Shown here one piece after another: positions 58,885-64,000 of a DNA stretch of 64,000 nt (its first letter is position 1; each line of letters begins with the position of its first letter). Position numbers and translations under genes: made by a program. The notes under the pieces are model-generated. The model did not search any database, was not told where the DNA came from, and saw nothing but the letters and a program-made list of their open reading frames with translations. This stretch comes from the human T2T-CHM13v2.0 reference genome, Homo sapiens. Location: the NCBI RefSeq assembly GCF_009914755.1, contig NC_060925.1; one strand, written 5' to 3'.

Positions 58885-61682
58885 CTGACGGACACAAGCA
58901 AACAGCCACAGTCAGCAAGACAGCCAGGGCATCCCTGCTGGAGGACACAGAAGCCCCTGGTGGGCAGACCTCCACCACAGGTGGGGCCTCGTGGCCATAG
59001 CCATGGTGGAGAAGAGTAGAGATGGGAGGAGCCCTCCACCAGGCACTCCCCCGTTCTCTCCCGCAAGCCCTCTAGTAAGGCCTCAGCACCGGGCCTCACT
59101 TCGTTAAGCAGCCCCTAAATAAAGCTTCCCGGGTCCCCACGAAGCTCACCTTTAAAATGTCCGACGTCATGGTTTTTAGTGGTATCAGCCGGGGGTCATG
59201 CATGTGGACATCCTGCTCATCCGCCAGGATCCAGGGGAAATCCTAGGGAGGAGACAAAGGTCAGGGGGGTGACGGGGCTGGGCCCTGGCCTGCCCTCACT
59301 TTGCTGTCCCTCCCACTCCAGACCAGGGGCCTCCAACCTGAGCCTCAGAATCACTAGGAAGCTGTTGGTGATGCAGACCCCAGGACCCCCCCCATCCCCC
59401 ACAGAGGCCAAGTCCATAGAACCCAAGTGACGAACAGGCTCCAGGCACCAACGCTGAACCTGGTGGGCTAGGACCCCTCCCTGGAGAGCCCCCACTTCAG
59501 AAGAGCCAGGATGAGCTGGGGGCCCCAGTAGGTGGCTCCACCTGGGCTCCTCACTGCCCCAAGTGCCCAGATGGAGCAGTGGACAGGCCTGAGGACCTGC
59601 TGGGTGCCAGGCGCTGCCACACCAATGTAATGGGTGGCTGGCCACAGGCAGTGCCCCTGCCCACCTGGAACTGCGACATCACGTTTCTAGAGCCTGCGCC
59701 CAGACCCAGACCCATCTCATCTCACCTTGATGACCTGGATCTTCTCCATGTTGCGAGTGGCGGCTTCTCTCGTGTGCACCAGGACTGTGAAGGTACAGCC
59801 TGGAGAGGCAAGAGGTTGGTGGAGGCTCCCCCACCGCCCTGGTGCCAGCCACTGGGCCCAGCCTCTTCCCACTTCCCTTGCTGGCTCGGCAGCACCCCCA
59901 GAGCAGATGGCAAAGCAAGTGCTAAGAAAAGCCCCAGTCAATAGGGAGATGGAAGCCAGGTAGAATCAATCAGGGAAGCTTCCCAGAGGAGGTGGACTCT
60001 CAGGGTTAGGAAGAGATGAGTCTCAGAACAGCCAAACATGGACCTGGGAACACAGACCAACCCGAGATAACCATGGAAATGCCAAGGGAAGAGAGGGTGG
60101 GGAGTGGACACACCTGGGGGGTTGTGGTCCAGGACGGCATCGCACACGCTGATCTTCAGGATGAAGGCCCGGAGCAGCTGCTCCACATGAGACAACAGCG
60201 AGTCTGAGCTGGGAGTGAGAGGAGGTCTTCCCATCACACTGGCGCCCTCCCCTCCACCACAGGCATCAAGCCTGGATGCAGACCTGGGGTACAAGACCCC
60301 CTCCAGTGCCTGTGAGAGTGCTGCATGCCTAGGACCCAGCTCCCTATCCGGTCCACACAATTAAACCAGCAAGGGAGTTTAAAAGAAATGCCCAGCCCCA
60401 CCCCAGATAAAGTCAGAATTTGGCGGGGGGTAGGGGACAGGGGAGGTAGGGGCAGCCTGAGGAGGCCTCCCTAGGTGGTTTTAATGTGCAGCCAGGACCC
60501 AGAACCAGGACACCAAGCCAGGAGGGGAAAGGGCTTGCCTAAGGCCACACAGGCCGTGGGGACAGGTTGGTGCCAGATTCCAGTGCCCTGACCTCACCAT
60601 TGGAAGCATGCAGTTGACCAACTAACGCATGTGCCAGAGGTCAACTTCGAGTTGACTGGACACTTGCCTGGGGAGTCAGAAAACTGCTTCTGTGTCCTGG
60701 GCTCTGCCCCCACCCAGGTGACCCTGGGTAGCTCATGTCATCTCTCTGGACCCATCTCAGCTGCTCACAGGCTGTCCCCTTGTCATGCTGGTGCTTCTTG
60801 CCCTTTCTCCTCCCAGGCCTTTACCAAGGTATTCAAGGGCCGCCTTAAAGGGGTGGGTGTGTTGCCAGAGACACACCTGATGCCAGCTAGTGGGCGAGGG
60901 GCAGGGGCAGCCCACCTGATGGACAGCAGTGGAGGCTGGGTGATCTCAAAGACGAATTTCTCCACTGGGCGGTGCTCTTTATCCAAAATCACCACCACCA
61001 CTTTCTCCACATCATTCTGCAAAGAGAGGAACCCCCACTGCAGAGCCAGGCACCCCACCCCCACTACACCACCCTGCCTCCACCCCCTTGCCCAAGGAAG
61101 GAGGAGAAACGGCCCACTCACAGCCCTGCTCAGCTGCTAGGCTGGGGGTCCCCAAGAGGCCAGATAGCGAGTTTGAGAAGCCGGCACCCTCCAGCATGAG
61201 TGGTGTAGGCTGAGAGAATGCCCGGGCCCCATAGGGAAGGTCCCAGGAAGTCTGAGATCAGGACTAGATGGGGAAGAAACCCTGAGGGGCTCAGCTCAGA
61301 CAGAACGTTTAGCGTGGAGAACAGGGGACGGATGTGAGAAGAACCCCGAACCCTCTGGGGCAGCCCCTACTTAGAGCCAGCTCCAACCCGGGCTCCCAGG
61401 CCCAAGGCACCCTGAACATGGCCCGCATGCCTTGGGGCCTGCCCCTGGGTTGGGATGGTCTCCAGAGTGCAGGGAACAGGCTTCTGGGTATTGGAGCCAT
61501 GAAGACCCCACAGAGTCCTAGCTTCACCCCATCCCAGAGTTGGACTGTGAGCACACAGGGACGGGGGTGAGCATGGGGTGAGATGGCTGGGGAGCCCAGT
61601 GCACCCTCACCTTCTCCAGGAGTGGCTTGACGCAGTGCAGCGTGTCCTGGATATACTGATTCAGCTCCGGGTGGCAGGACAT
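58843..61682 (-). CDS. MAD2L2: MAD2L2/REV7 (HORMA protein; Pol zeta and shieldin subunit), 3' part; complement(join(61611..61682,60916..61016,60114..60208,59726..59799,59150..59242,58843..58884)), C-terminal 158 aa; 5' exons lie beyond the window
   Basis: [24 protein letters not shown]|[33 protein letters not shown]|[32 protein letters not shown]|[25 protein letters not shown]|[31 protein letters not shown]|[13 protein letters not shown]; GT-AG introns with consistent phase. Confidence 0.96.
59150..59242 (-). CDS. MAD2L2: MAD2L2 coding exon (93 nt)
   Basis: CCTAG|GATTTC...TTAAAG|GTGAG. Confidence 0.94.
59726..59799 (-). CDS. MAD2L2: MAD2L2 coding exon (74 nt)
   Basis: TCCAG|GCTGT...ATCAAG|GTGAG. 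Confidence 0.94.
60114..60208 (-). CDS. MAD2L2: MAD2L2 coding exon (95 nt)
   Basis: CCCAG|CTCAGAC...CCCAG|GTGTGT. Confidence 0.94.
60916..61016 (-). CDS. MAD2L2: MAD2L2 coding exon (101 nt)
   Basis: TTGCAG|AATGAT...ATCAG|GTGGG. Confidence 0.94.
61611..61682 (-). CDS. MAD2L2: MAD2L2 coding exon (72 nt)
   Basis: GCAG|ATGTCC...GAGAAG|GTGAG. Confidence 0.94.
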
Positions 61683-61845
61683 CTGCACACAATACCATGC
61701 GGCTCGTGAGGCCCAAAGCACAGATGGGGAAACCACCCAACACAACCAGGAGCCTAAGGCCCCATCTGCCTTCGGTCCGAGGCCCAGCAGCTCTCCAGGG
61801 CTCCCTACCCAGGAGACCCCACTTTCCCTCAAGAGGCTAAGAACT

Positions 61846-63895
<2,050 letters not shown>

Positions 63896-64000
63896 ACCCC
63901 CGGGGTAACTCTTATCAGGCCTGGTCCCTAACTTCTGGCAAGGGGAACTCTCTTCTGAGGGGTGGGTAGGCATCACCACTTTGGAACTGGAAGGCATTGG

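Overview
Human (or very close great-ape) genomic DNA from the 1p36.22 F-box/FBA gene cluster. Bases 1-31,500 are non-coding: dense in Alu, MIR, L2 and LTR relics, with several AT-rich homeodomain/POU motif islands that look like enhancers. The rest holds four genes that I assembled exon by exon with GT-AG boundaries and consistent phases: FBXO2 (- strand, complete, 297 aa here), FBXO44 (+, 255 aa, head-to-head with FBXO2 across a CpG island), FBXO6 (+, 293 aa) and the last six coding exons of MAD2L2/REV7 (-, tail-to-tail with FBXO6). I see no new gene or novel multi-gene system, and most ORF-track entries are Alu, microsatellite or GC-rich noise. The most notable observations are: (1) the F-box exon is ~97% identical between FBXO44 and FBXO6 while the next exon is only ~61% identical, suggesting exon-limited gene conversion; (2) an overlapping ISRE+GAS element in FBXO6 intron 1; (3) an Alu bracketed by a ~278-bp direct repeat with target-site-duplication geometry; (4) a TSD-flanked, 5'-truncated retrocopy of an unidentified transcript 3' end; (5) a 140-bp duplicate of the FBXO2 C-terminus and 3'UTR; (6) an Alu whose TSD duplicated the FBXO6 poly(A) signal; (7) alternative-frame C-termini; and (8) a 7-alanine FBXO2 allele. 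Repeat subfamily names come from remembered consensus sequences and repeat boundaries are approximate.
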